In this document: piece after piece, positions 1-8,414 of the stretch
How the letters are laid out: each line of letters opens with the position of its first letter
Position numbering within the stretch: the first letter of the stretch is position 1
NCBI RefSeq assembly: GCF_000186885.1
Contig: NC_014972.1
Span: forward strand, 3,750,001-3,782,000
Length of the DNA stretch: 32,000 nucleotides
Source: Desulfobulbus propionicus DSM 2032
Lineage (GTDB): Bacteria > Desulfobacterota > Desulfobulbia > Desulfobulbales > Desulfobulbaceae
Direction of reading: 5' to 3'
Notes under the pieces: model-generated
What the model was told of the DNA's origin: nothing
Database searches by the model: none
The model's input: only the letters and a program-made list of their open reading frames with translations
Position numbers and translations under genes: made by a program

Positions 1-555
1 TTCCTGGGAATGGGGACGGTATTCCCCCGCGCCGAAATAGACCTCGCCGCCGGTGGTGAAGGCCCGGGCCGAAAGACCGGCCGCCAACCGCGCCGCCGCG
101 TCATCGGTATGGACGCGTACCCGGCTCAGGTCGGTACCGAGTCGAGGTTCGAAAAAGGCCCGTTCGCGGCCGGGCAGCGGATGACCGCCACCGCGACCAA
201 GCGCGAGGGGCTGGCCATCGGCAGAGGTGGCCGTTGTTCCCGGCACGGCCTTGCGGCGCACCTCTTCCTCCTGGTCGTTTTCCGCCCCGGGCCGCTGCCG
301 CTCTTCCTCGTCGATCGGCACCGTGTCCGCCGCCTTGCGTTGGATCGGTCCATCGTGCATGGCCAGCACCCGGTCGGCAACGCTATCGGCCTCGTGCTCC
401 AGGTGGTCATCGGTGGAACCGATGCGCAACTTGGTCTGCACCGGACTCTCGAGGGCCTCGCGCAGACTGGTGCGGTTGACCTCGATTCGGGTCGGCCGGA
501 TAACCGCCAGACGGCGGGCTCGGTGCTGCCTGCGGATATGCTGGAAGGATTTCAT
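1..555 (-). CDS. DUF4157-type domain protein, N-terminal 185 aa only (3' end beyond window); candidate eCIS-associated effector/toxin
   Basis: Not in the supplied ORF track because no stop codon lies inside the window. Hand translation of the minus strand from ATG 555-553 (GAGGAGG 5 nt upstream) stays open to base 1. Sequence: MKSFQHIRRQHRARRLAVIRPTRIEVNRTSLREALESPVQTKLRIGSTDDHLEHEADSVADRVLAM...GHPLPGRERAFFEPRLGTDLSRVRVHTDDAAARLAAGLSARAFTTGGEVYFGAGEYRP. The strings KL.IG..DD..E.EAD..A..V and PL....R..FE.R.G.D.S.VRVHTD..A......ARAFT.G..V.F..G.Y.P are the DUF4157 hallmark as I recall it. Confidence 0.8.
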   Translation of the reverse strand, partial: MKSFQHIRRQHRARRLAVIRPTRIEVNRTSLREALESPVQTKLRIGSTDDHLEHEADSVADRVLAMHDGPIQRKAADTVPIDEEERQRPGAENDQEEEVRRKAVPGTTATSADGQPLALGRGGGHPLPGRERAFFEPRLGTDLSRVRVHTDDAAARLAAGLSARAFTTGGEVYFGAGEYRPHSQE

Positions 556-591
556 GGCGACCTCCTCTTTATCCTAATGAATCGTGCACGG

Positions 592-3500
592 TCAAAACGG
601 TAGCGGCACCAGCTCGATCAGCACGTTGCCGGTCGAGGCCAACCGATTATGTCTCACCGTGCTGGCAAGCACATCATTGCTGGTGTAATTCTCAAGCAGA
701 TTGCCCGTGAAGGTGGCCCGGTCGCCGATGACCGATCCCATCCAGTCGGCATCCAAGGCGGCGCGAAACCAGGTATTGCCCTGACCGATAAAGACGGCCG
801 CCACCACCGTGGTGCCATACCCGCTAAAGCTGTTGCCGGTCAGCATCAGCCGGGCGTAACCGTTCACCCGCTGGTTGAGCACCCGGTTGGTGCCCACCGA
901 GCCTGGCGGCAGATTGGCCTTGATCGCCGTGATCCGGTTGTGGTCGATGTGCAGGTCCTCGCCGCCGCTGAGGACCGCGTTGCCCTCCAGGGAGAAGTTG
1001 ACCACCCCCGCGTCGGGGTTGCGGTAGCCGGACACGCCGTTGGCGAGCAGCAGCCAGCCGTCGATCTCGCTCCCGGCCAGCACGCCGCCAACCTTGGCGC
1101 TTTCCAGGCGCAGGGCATAGTCGGGCTCGTAGCTGATCCAGTTGGCGACCAGATCCTCAATGGCCGCCACCGCCTCGTTGACGGTGATGCTATCGGCGGC
1201 CAGGACCTCGGACATGGTGGCGGTCGTCGGCTTGGGCGCCCGCATGGCTACCGCCTTGGGTGAGGCCACCTGCTCGAGCTTGGTCCGCCAGGTGGTGCGG
1301 ATATCCTTGGGCAGGACGATGATCTGCTTCGCTACCTTGACCAGGGCCTCGTCAAAGGCGACCTTGTTGTCCAGCAGTTCCTCCTTGCTCAGACCAAGCA
1401 GGGCCTCGCTGATGACGTTGTTGCCCACCACCTCGACCCCGACCCACTCATTCCCACTTGACGAGACAACCTTCCGCTGAGCATAGAGCTGATTATTTTG
1501 CCAATCGAGACGGCAGACCGTGTTGCCCCGACCGCCGAGACTGATCATCGCCGGGCCGTTCGCCGTGGTGCTGGTGCGGGCGATACGGCAACCGGTGGTG
1601 CGGGAGAGGGCGGCCCGGATCGCCAACTGCCCGGCACGTTTGGCGAAGTCGAGCGTCAGGTTCTCCAGGATCACCTCATCGGCCTCGATACGCCAGGTGT
1701 CGCCGCCAAACAGAATGGTCACCGATTCAGGTCCCTGACCGCTGATCCGCAGGCTGCGCTTATCGGTGATCGCCGGCAGATCGCCCAACGCGTAGACGCC
1801 GCCCCGAAGGCAGAGCCACAGATCACTGGCGGTGGATTGGGCAAATTCCTCCAGCAGCACCGCCAGATGACCGGGGGAGGTCACCATGACCGCGCAGCCG
1901 CCGGCCGCCTTGTCGCACAACACCTTGAGCGCATCCTGGACCGTGACCACCGATTCGGGCAGCAGATCGCTGCACAGGCCGATGTCGCCCTTGTCGAGCG
2001 GCAGATCGCTGGCTTTGAAGTCGCACAGCAGCCGATCGAGCACCGGGGCCACATTGGCTTCACCGGCGGTCAGACCGAGCAACTGGCGTACCGAGGGCGA
2101 GCTGGCGCAGGCCGGTATGGTATAGGGCAACGAGGCGGCGTTGAGCTGGCAGAGCAGCCCATCGAGCGCGGCCTTGACCGTGAGCACGCCGTTGCTGTCC
2201 GGATCGAGCACTGCGGCCAGGCGGTTCTTGATCGACCGGGCCTCGCTGGCGCCGCAGGCGGGCAGCAGGTAGGCAATATCCTCGGCGCCGATGGCGCAAA
2301 GGGTGTCCAGGGCCTGCTGCACGTTGTCCGCGGTGCCGAACAGGCCGGAGCAGGTGTTGGTCAGGCCGATGTCCGCGGCTCTCAGATCGGTGAGCGGCGG
2401 AAAGTGCATACGGCGATGGAAGGCGTCGTCCTGGGCCTCCAGCTTGCGATTGAGCTTGATCTCGCCGAGCAGCAGGTAGTGATGGCGCACCCCGCGCGGC
2501 GGCTCGCCCTGGCTGGGCACCGCCAGATCGTCCATGGCCGGCAGGACATACTGGCCGGAGACATGCACCGCCTCGCGCACCGGGGCCAGCCAGTAGTCAC
2601 CGGGCACGAACCGCTTGCCGGTGGTCTCCAGGCTCAGTTCCATCCGTTCCAGGTTGATCCGCACCAGGCCGGCGGTCAGGTTGACTCGCCCATGGCTGGT
2701 GCTGGCCACCGGACCCGCGGCCAGCGGCACGCCGCGATCCCGGCCCGCACCGAGGGCCTGGGTGGTGAGATTGATCCGCAGGTAGCCGTCCCACTGGCGC
2801 ACGTATTCCTTGGGTTCGTTGGCGCCCACCGGCGTGGTGCAGGTCTCCTTGATCAGGCCGCGCACCTTCTTGGCATTGGTGACAAAGTGGTTGCCGAGCA
2901 GCCGTTCGGTATCGCGGTCAAAAAACTCCCACACCCAGTCGCCCTGGCCAAATCCGGTCGGCATCTCGGTCGCGCGGCAGGCCTCGGCCCCGTTGTCGCG
3001 CGACCATTTGAGGGTCAGCCATCCGGTGGCCGGGTCAAAATCGTGCACCTCGACCCGGAAGAGGTAGTTGCCGATGCGCTCGTCGACCTTGACCTGCGCG
3101 GCACAGGGATCGCAGCTGTCGGCGCTGGAGGAGATCAGGGTCAGTTTCAGGGTCATCAGGCCGGTGCCCTGGGGCGGGTTGTCCTCCGGATCCAGGGGAT
3201 TGACCTCGTTTGCACCGCTGCTGGGACACCACTTGACCTGAAGCATGGTCTGGGTACGGGTGGCGGTATCGGCACCATGCAGGGCCGCATCCAACAGCGC
3301 GGGCTGCTCCAGCCCGGTGACCGTCCGCTCCCAGACATCGGCATAGAGGCGCAAACTCTGGCCGTTGTAATCGGCCTGGATCGGATAGTCCGGCTGCCCA
3401 TTGATCGGCAGGTTGGCCGGTCCATCAAGCCGCGCCGGCACACCCTCGACGTAGAGGGTGCCCGGCTGGATGAAGAGCTTGTCCGAATCCGCCGGATCGG

Positions 3501-3720
3501 CGATGATCCGCAGACCGCCAACGCGCGGCGCACCACCGGCAACGGTCCCGGTGGCGGTCGTCCCGGAAATGGCATCGCGTAGGGCCGCAACCACACGGGC
3601 CTTGTCGATATCGGTCAGGGCATTCCAGTCCGCATCGGTGATCATGCGGCCCTGCTGGAGATAGACGCCGGAATAACGCTGTTCAGGCTGGAATGCGTCG
3701 CGGGAAATCTGGGTCTTCAT
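592..3720 (-). CDS. 1042-aa fibre/receptor-binding candidate: DUF6519-like N-terminus, Cys-containing central repeats, C-terminal beta-helix-like region
   Basis: Uninterrupted 1042-codon ORF starting 12 nt after the preceding baseplate gene. The N-terminus MKTQISRDAFQPEQRYSGVYLQQGRMITDADWN matches what I remember as the DUF6519 signature (memory, not searched). The C-terminal ~430 aa has short rung-like motifs (LENLTLDF, GNAVLSGGEDLHIDHNRI, LTGNSFSG, FTGNLLEN) suggestive of a right-handed beta-helix. It occupies the gpH/Afp13 fibre position after the gpI-like gene. Confidence 0.6.
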   Translation of the reverse strand: MKTQISRDAFQPEQRYSGVYLQQGRMITDADWNALTDIDKARVVAALRDAISGTTATGTVAGGAPRVGGLRIIADPADSDKLFIQPGTLYVEGVPARLDGPANLPINGQPDYPIQADYNGQSLRLYADVWERTVTGLEQPALLDAALHGADTATRTQTMLQVKWCPSSGANEVNPLDPEDNPPQGTGLMTLKLTLISSSADSCDPCAAQVKVDERIGNYLFRVEVHDFDPATGWLTLKWSRDNGAEACRATEMPTGFGQGDWVWEFFDRDTERLLGNHFVTNAKKVRGLIKETCTTPVGANEPKEYVRQWDGYLRINLTTQALGAGRDRGVPLAAGPVASTSHGRVNLTAGLVRINLERMELSLETTGKRFVPGDYWLAPVREAVHVSGQYVLPAMDDLAVPSQGEPPRGVRHHYLLLGEIKLNRKLEAQDDAFHRRMHFPPLTDLRAADIGLTNTCSGLFGTADNVQQALDTLCAIGAEDIAYLLPACGASEARSIKNRLAAVLDPDSNGVLTVKAALDGLLCQLNAASLPYTIPACASSPSVRQLLGLTAGEANVAPVLDRLLCDFKASDLPLDKGDIGLCSDLLPESVVTVQDALKVLCDKAAGGCAVMVTSPGHLAVLLEEFAQSTASDLWLCLRGGVYALGDLPAITDKRSLRISGQGPESVTILFGGDTWRIEADEVILENLTLDFAKRAGQLAIRAALSRTTGCRIARTSTTANGPAMISLGGRGNTVCRLDWQNNQLYAQRKVVSSSGNEWVGVEVVGNNVISEALLGLSKEELLDNKVAFDEALVKVAKQIIVLPKDIRTTWRTKLEQVASPKAVAMRAPKPTTATMSEVLAADSITVNEAVAAIEDLVANWISYEPDYALRLESAKVGGVLAGSEIDGWLLLANGVSGYRNPDAGVVNFSLEGNAVLSGGEDLHIDHNRITAIKANLPPGSVGTNRVLNQRVNGYARLMLTGNSFSGYGTTVVAAVFIGQGNTWFRAALDADWMGSVIGDRATFTGNLLENYTSNDVLASTVRHNRLASTGNVLIELVPLPF
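1891..2400 (-). repeat. Protein-level tandem modules (3-4 copies) inside the fibre-like protein
   Basis: Residues ~441-610 contain four related modules: NVQQALDTLCAIGAEDIAYLLPACG, TVKAALDGLLCQLNAASLPYTIPACAS, VAPVLDRLLCDFKASDLPLDKGDIGLCSD and TVQDALKVLCDKAAGGCAV. The shared pattern is V..AL(D/K).L.C...A.D(I/L)P...C. Coordinates were derived from residue counting. Confidence 0.55.
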
Positions 3721-3732
3721 AAGGCTCCCCTT

Positions 3733-5448
3733 TCAGGTGGTGGTGGCTTTGGGTGGCGCGCAGGCCAGGCTGGGGTCGGTGATCAGCACCGCCTCCATGC
3801 CCACAGGCAGAAATTCGTGCAGTTTCTCCAGCACCGCCTGGCGGCGGAGCACATAGCGGAGTTCGTGGTAGGCGCCCATCTCGCCGCCATCCTCGGCGCC
3901 GGTCTGGATGGCCGGGCTGCAGTCCGGATGGAGCACGCCGCAACCCGGCGCGCCAAAGGTCGCCTCCCAGAACAAGGGCGCGTCAGCGGTGCAGGTGTCG
4001 TTGAAACAGCGCAGCAACGAGCGCTTGTGTTGCGCCCGCCACAGCGGATCGTTGTCGATCAGCGGCTCAAGGGGATCGAACGGGTCGCTGGGTATCGGTT
4101 TTTCCGGGAGATGGAACAGGCGGCTGAAGCGGATGCAGCCAGCCGCGGGCACGTCGGTATCGATCCGATCCTTGCGCAACTCCGGCACCAGGATGGAGTC
4201 GCTGGCCTGGAGACACTCGGCCAGCAGGGTGTCAAGCACGGTGACATACTCCAGCCGCACCAGTCCCCGGGCAGCCTCGATCTTCTTGAACAGACAGCTG
4301 TACGCATCGACCACCGGCACCTCGCGCTCGGCGGTGGACACCCGCAGTTGACGAACCGCGCAGCCCCGAAGCTGGACCGCTCCATGATTGATCTCCACCC
4401 GGTTGTCCAGCCACAGATTGTCGAACCGGTAGAGGGCCGGGGTGTCCAGGGTGGCCACGCCGCGCACCCGGAGGGGGCCGTCGGTCAGACCGCGCAGCCC
4501 GATCAGCGGCCAAGGGGTGCCGTTCCATTCGGTCTGGCCGATGGTGAAGGCGATGTTGAGTTCCGGATGGACGCACTCGATGGTCTCGCCCGTCCTCCAC
4601 GCAGTGGTGGCCGCGGTGTCCAGGGCCTCGGTGACCAACGGTTCGAGGGCGGTCCACTGCACCGTCTGGTGGAGGCGGCGGAAAAAGCCCTCGGGCGGCG
4701 GCACATGGAGCAGCATCCGCCGGGGATGGTGCAGGCCGCGCCGACTGGTGGGGGTGCGCATGTCCACGGTGCGGCGGGACACATCCTGGTAGCTGTCCGG
4801 GGCGCAGGGAAGGCCGTGACGGTGGAGCTGCCGCCAGGCGATCGGCGCTGTTTCGCCGGGAAAGGAGGTCTCGCTGGCTGCCGGGTTGTTGGCCGCGCAT
4901 TGGACGGCCCGCGAGCAGAAGCGCATATCGGGCGTGACCGCCGGCAGACCCGGGTGGCGGGCACGCAGGCCCGGCGTGGCCGCGCCGGCGAGCGGTTCCT
5001 CGCCATAGGCCGTGGCTGGCAACAGGCTGCGGTCGATGCGCGGGGTCATGGCCAGCCGTTTCCACCCCTCCTGGATCTCGACCTCGAACTGGCCGACCTC
5101 CTCGGCAATCTGTTCGATGCTCACCCGGGTCCCCTTGCGCTGCCGCCAAGCCACCGCCTGGCCTACCTCGGCACGGCGGCCCTCGGCATCGGGCGACACC
5201 AGTTGCACGTCAAGCAACTGGGCAAAGTAGGGCACCAGCCAATCCTGACAGCGGCGGCCGTGGTCCGCGTCGGGAAAGCTGTCGTCCATCCGCTGGACCA
5301 CGGTGGCATGGAGGGCGTCGAGCAGTTCGCCATAGACCGACAGCAGGGCGTCGAGATCGCCGCTGGTATCGCGGACCCGCCAATGGGTCGGCAGCCAGTG
5401 CTGGAGCCGGGTGCCGTAGTGAGGCGTCGTTTCCGTCGAATCGCTCAT
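3733..5448 (-). CDS. Baseplate wedge protein, P2 gpI-like phage tail protein (Afp11/12-region equivalent)
   Basis: 571 aa. The N-terminal region ...CQDWLVPYFAQLLDVQLVSPDAEGRRAEVGQAVAWRQRKGTRVSIEQI fits the gpI/TIGR02242-type pattern (wL.wlA.l.g...... R.l...a....r.rGT). Its start overlaps the upstream gene stop by 4 nt (5445-5448). Confidence 0.65.
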   Translation of the reverse strand: MSDSTETTPHYGTRLQHWLPTHWRVRDTSGDLDALLSVYGELLDALHATVVQRMDDSFPDADHGRRCQDWLVPYFAQLLDVQLVSPDAEGRRAEVGQAVAWRQRKGTRVSIEQIAEEVGQFEVEIQEGWKRLAMTPRIDRSLLPATAYGEEPLAGAATPGLRARHPGLPAVTPDMRFCSRAVQCAANNPAASETSFPGETAPIAWRQLHRHGLPCAPDSYQDVSRRTVDMRTPTSRRGLHHPRRMLLHVPPPEGFFRRLHQTVQWTALEPLVTEALDTAATTAWRTGETIECVHPELNIAFTIGQTEWNGTPWPLIGLRGLTDGPLRVRGVATLDTPALYRFDNLWLDNRVEINHGAVQLRGCAVRQLRVSTAEREVPVVDAYSCLFKKIEAARGLVRLEYVTVLDTLLAECLQASDSILVPELRKDRIDTDVPAAGCIRFSRLFHLPEKPIPSDPFDPLEPLIDNDPLWRAQHKRSLLRCFNDTCTADAPLFWEATFGAPGCGVLHPDCSPAIQTGAEDGGEMGAYHELRYVLRRQAVLEKLHEFLPVGMEAVLITDPSLACAPPKATTT

Positions 5449-8414
5449 GCCAGGCTCTCCTCATAGTTTTCGATCATGACTGTGAAGGCGGTGGCATCAA
5501 ACACCAGGCATTGACGGGGACTGGGCCGCAAAGCGATCACCGCCGCACCGATCAGGGCTGCCTGGGGACGATCCGCCGGTGCCACGCCGCTTTGCGGCCA
5601 GGGCAAGCTGATGGCGCAGGAGCTGTTTTCCACCCCGGCCACCCCATCGACCACCTTATAGATCTCGCCACGGTAGAGCGGCTGACCGAGTCCCCGATGC
5701 TGTTCGTCAAAGGTTGTGGTCAGCGCGGCCGTGACCGCTTCCTTGACCGTCTGGCTGTCCACCGTGCTCCGCACCCGCACGGTGACGGTCAGGCGGAAGC
5801 GGACCCGCACATAGTCCTGGACCGTGACCATCACCCCCGGCTGGGTGCGCGCCGCCAGCCAGGCCTGCAGGGTGGTTTTGAGCGGAGCGGCCAGTGTGCC
5901 GCCGCCCGCCGCCATTACCACCACCTCCAACCGCTCCCGCCGTCCCAAGCCGGGGGCAAGGCGAAAGGCCTGGGCCTGCCACACGCTGGGGTGGCTGCGC
6001 GCCAGCTGGGCGCAATCCTCGAGGGAGACGGCCCGATCCAGGGCCAGCAGGCTGGCCGGGGCATTCTTGCGCAGGTCGGCCCGGCTCTCGCGATCATTGC
6101 CACCACCGCTGGCGAGGGGTTGGAGCACCGTTTCCAGCAGGGGATGGGGCTTGACCGGCTTGACCAGGCTGCCGGGATCGAGGTTGCCGGCCGCACCCAC
6201 GCCCTGGCGGAAGCGGACCCGGATGTTGTTGCCGCCGGAGGGCAGCCGCCGGCCATGACGGCCATCGCCAAAAACAATGACCGCATGGTTGTCCTCGTCG
6301 ATGCGCACCTGGTAGTGGGCATCGCTGGGTCCGGAATCCTTGAGGCTGCTCACCTGGGTCCAGGTCTCCCCAGCCACGGCGAGCTCCAGCGCGGCGCGCA
6401 CGCCGCTGCTCATGGTCACGTCGGCGACAAAGGCGAGATCCTCCACCTCCAGGGTGAAGCTCTGATGGCTGCGGGTGCCATCGCCACTGCCGAGCACACG
6501 CCACGGCCGCGCCTCACCGTGGCCGGAGGCGACCACATTGCCGAGGATTTCCAGGTTGCCGGCCGTGGTGCCCGTCGGCAGATCGTCAGCCAGATGCAGC
6601 CACGTCCCCTGGCTGTCGAGGTCGGCCAAGGTGGTCTCCATGGCCATCGTGCCGTTGGTGACGATCAGGGGGCGTCCGATCTTCATGCCGAACAGCGGGC
6701 TGTCGAGCGCGATGCGCCGGCCGCTCAGGGGAGTGCGGTTGTCGGTCCAGCCGAGCACGCGCGCCTGGGCAACGAAATGGCTGTGCACCCGGGTGCGGCC
6801 GAGGAAAAAGGGGCCGCCGCCGCGATCCTGCCAGGGGGGAGCGGCCACCAGGGTGGTTTCCTCGTGCTCCTCGTCCTGGGTGACCGCGCCCAGCCGCGCC
6901 CAGGCCATCTGCCCGGCCCTGACCACCACCGCCAGATCGCCGGCCGTGGTCTTGGTGCTCGCCTCGGTGACCAGGGAGGCGATCAGCCGCCCCTCCTCGC
7001 TCTTGTTGAGGAAGGTGTCCACCAGCCAGGGACCGGGGGCGATCGGCGGGGCCAGCAGGGTCTGGGGATTGTTGAGGCGGAGGTCGGTGTTGCCTGGCAC
7101 GCCGTCGGTGTCCGCATGCCAGGTCAGGCTGAGACAGGTGTAGCCGGGCCGGTCGTCCGCCTCGAGCGTGTCCGGATCGGTGCCGACCGGCACGTACTTG
7201 GCATGGAGGCAGTGGTAGCAGGGCAGATACTCGCGCTTGGCCCCCTCTTTGCCGATCACCCGGATGTCGGCCAGCCACTGGCCGGCCAGCCGCGACCAGT
7301 CGCCGGCGGCAAAGACCATGTCGATCACCGTGTCCTCGGCCAGGCCGTCCGGGTTGTCCGGGCCGACAATGACCCGCCGCCGGGGCGGCTTGGCCAGTTC
7401 GGTCAGGGCTAGGGTGACCGGGCGGGCCACGGTGGCCCCCACCAGGGTCAGCTGGTCGATCGGCCGGTAGAAGACCAGCCGATCGTCATGGACCCGCTTG
7501 ATCCTGCGGTAGAAGGGTTTGTCGTCCCCGGAGCGGATGAGGACGATGTCGCCGGCGGCAAGCCCGCTGGCCGGCACCGCCAGTTGCAGGCTGTGGCCGA
7601 CCGGCTCCGCGCCTTTGGTGGCCGGACCCAGCGGCTTGAGCCGCTCCTTGGGACAGCAGTGGACCAGGGTGGTGCCCTTGGTGAATCCGACAGGGATGGC
7701 CGGGGTCAGGGTCAGGGTGGTGCGGTCCTCACCGAGGACGATGCCGTGCACCAGATGGGCCGAGAGAGAACCACCGCCCTCCCGCTCGAGCACCAGCGGC
7801 TCGCCGATCTTGATCTTGTCCCATTTGTTTTCGAGTACCAGGGTGGTGCCGGAGATCGCTTCCGGACTCCGGCGATAATCCTTGGCATGGAGGCTGTTGA
7901 AGGCCGCATCGACCTCGATCTCGGTCAGGGTCTCGAAGATCACCGGCTTGCCCGCGGCCGGGCTGTGCTTGACCTGGAAGCCGGCGGCCACCACCCCGCG
8001 CTGCGCCTGCTTGACCAGGAGCGCCAGGGGTGTCTGGGCCGAGGCCGGCGGCAGGGGGGCGTAATCCAAGAGTGCCACCAGCCGCCGCAGGTTTTCCCAC
8101 TGGCTGGCCGTGCCCAGGTAGGATTCGTTGGCATAGGCGTCGATGTGCGCTGCCAGCACATGGCAGGAGCGGGCGAACTGACGGGTCAGCTGCCAGAGCA
8201 TGTCATGGGGATCGGCGTTGTAGAGGGTTTCCAGGCGGGCCTTGCGCGCCTCTTCGCTCTCCGCCTCCGGCGGATTGACGCCCGCCACCGGCTGCCACTG
8301 GGGAAACTTCTGCGCCAGGCCGGCGCGCAGCCGTTCCAGAAAGACGGCCGCATTGCCATCGATGTAGTCAAAGCGCGACAGGCCGGCGCGATTCCAACGG
8401 GTGAGGTCGCTCAT
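5445..8414 (-). CDS. Large baseplate assembly protein with C-terminal Baseplate_J (gpJ/gp6-like) region
   Basis: 989 aa. The N-terminus MSDLTRWNRAGLSRFDYIDGNAAVFLERL is typical of the 'putative baseplate assembly protein' found in tail-like clusters. The C-terminal LLALDRAVSLEDCAQLARSHPSVWQAQAF...VTVQDYVRVRFRLTVTVRV resembles the gpJ core (RAVt..Dy..lA...p.V). Confidence 0.65.
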   Translation of the reverse strand: MSDLTRWNRAGLSRFDYIDGNAAVFLERLRAGLAQKFPQWQPVAGVNPPEAESEEARKARLETLYNADPHDMLWQLTRQFARSCHVLAAHIDAYANESYLGTASQWENLRRLVALLDYAPLPPASAQTPLALLVKQAQRGVVAAGFQVKHSPAAGKPVIFETLTEIEVDAAFNSLHAKDYRRSPEAISGTTLVLENKWDKIKIGEPLVLEREGGGSLSAHLVHGIVLGEDRTTLTLTPAIPVGFTKGTTLVHCCPKERLKPLGPATKGAEPVGHSLQLAVPASGLAAGDIVLIRSGDDKPFYRRIKRVHDDRLVFYRPIDQLTLVGATVARPVTLALTELAKPPRRRVIVGPDNPDGLAEDTVIDMVFAAGDWSRLAGQWLADIRVIGKEGAKREYLPCYHCLHAKYVPVGTDPDTLEADDRPGYTCLSLTWHADTDGVPGNTDLRLNNPQTLLAPPIAPGPWLVDTFLNKSEEGRLIASLVTEASTKTTAGDLAVVVRAGQMAWARLGAVTQDEEHEETTLVAAPPWQDRGGGPFFLGRTRVHSHFVAQARVLGWTDNRTPLSGRRIALDSPLFGMKIGRPLIVTNGTMAMETTLADLDSQGTWLHLADDLPTGTTAGNLEILGNVVASGHGEARPWRVLGSGDGTRSHQSFTLEVEDLAFVADVTMSSGVRAALELAVAGETWTQVSSLKDSGPSDAHYQVRIDEDNHAVIVFGDGRHGRRLPSGGNNIRVRFRQGVGAAGNLDPGSLVKPVKPHPLLETVLQPLASGGGNDRESRADLRKNAPASLLALDRAVSLEDCAQLARSHPSVWQAQAFRLAPGLGRRERLEVVVMAAGGGTLAAPLKTTLQAWLAARTQPGVMVTVQDYVRVRFRLTVTVRVRSTVDSQTVKEAVTAALTTTFDEQHRGLGQPLYRGEIYKVVDGVAGVENSSCAISLPWPQSGVAPADRPQAALIGAAVIALRPSPRQCLVFDATAFTVMIENYEESLA

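Noticed and set aside
10-603. 197-aa plus-strand ORF at the left edge, with overlapping ORFs at 126-410, 227-577 and 234-479.
   Set aside because: The opposite strand in the frame ending at base 1 encodes an unmistakable DUF4157 motif set with a good RBS. The plus-strand product is low-complexity and unrecognisable.
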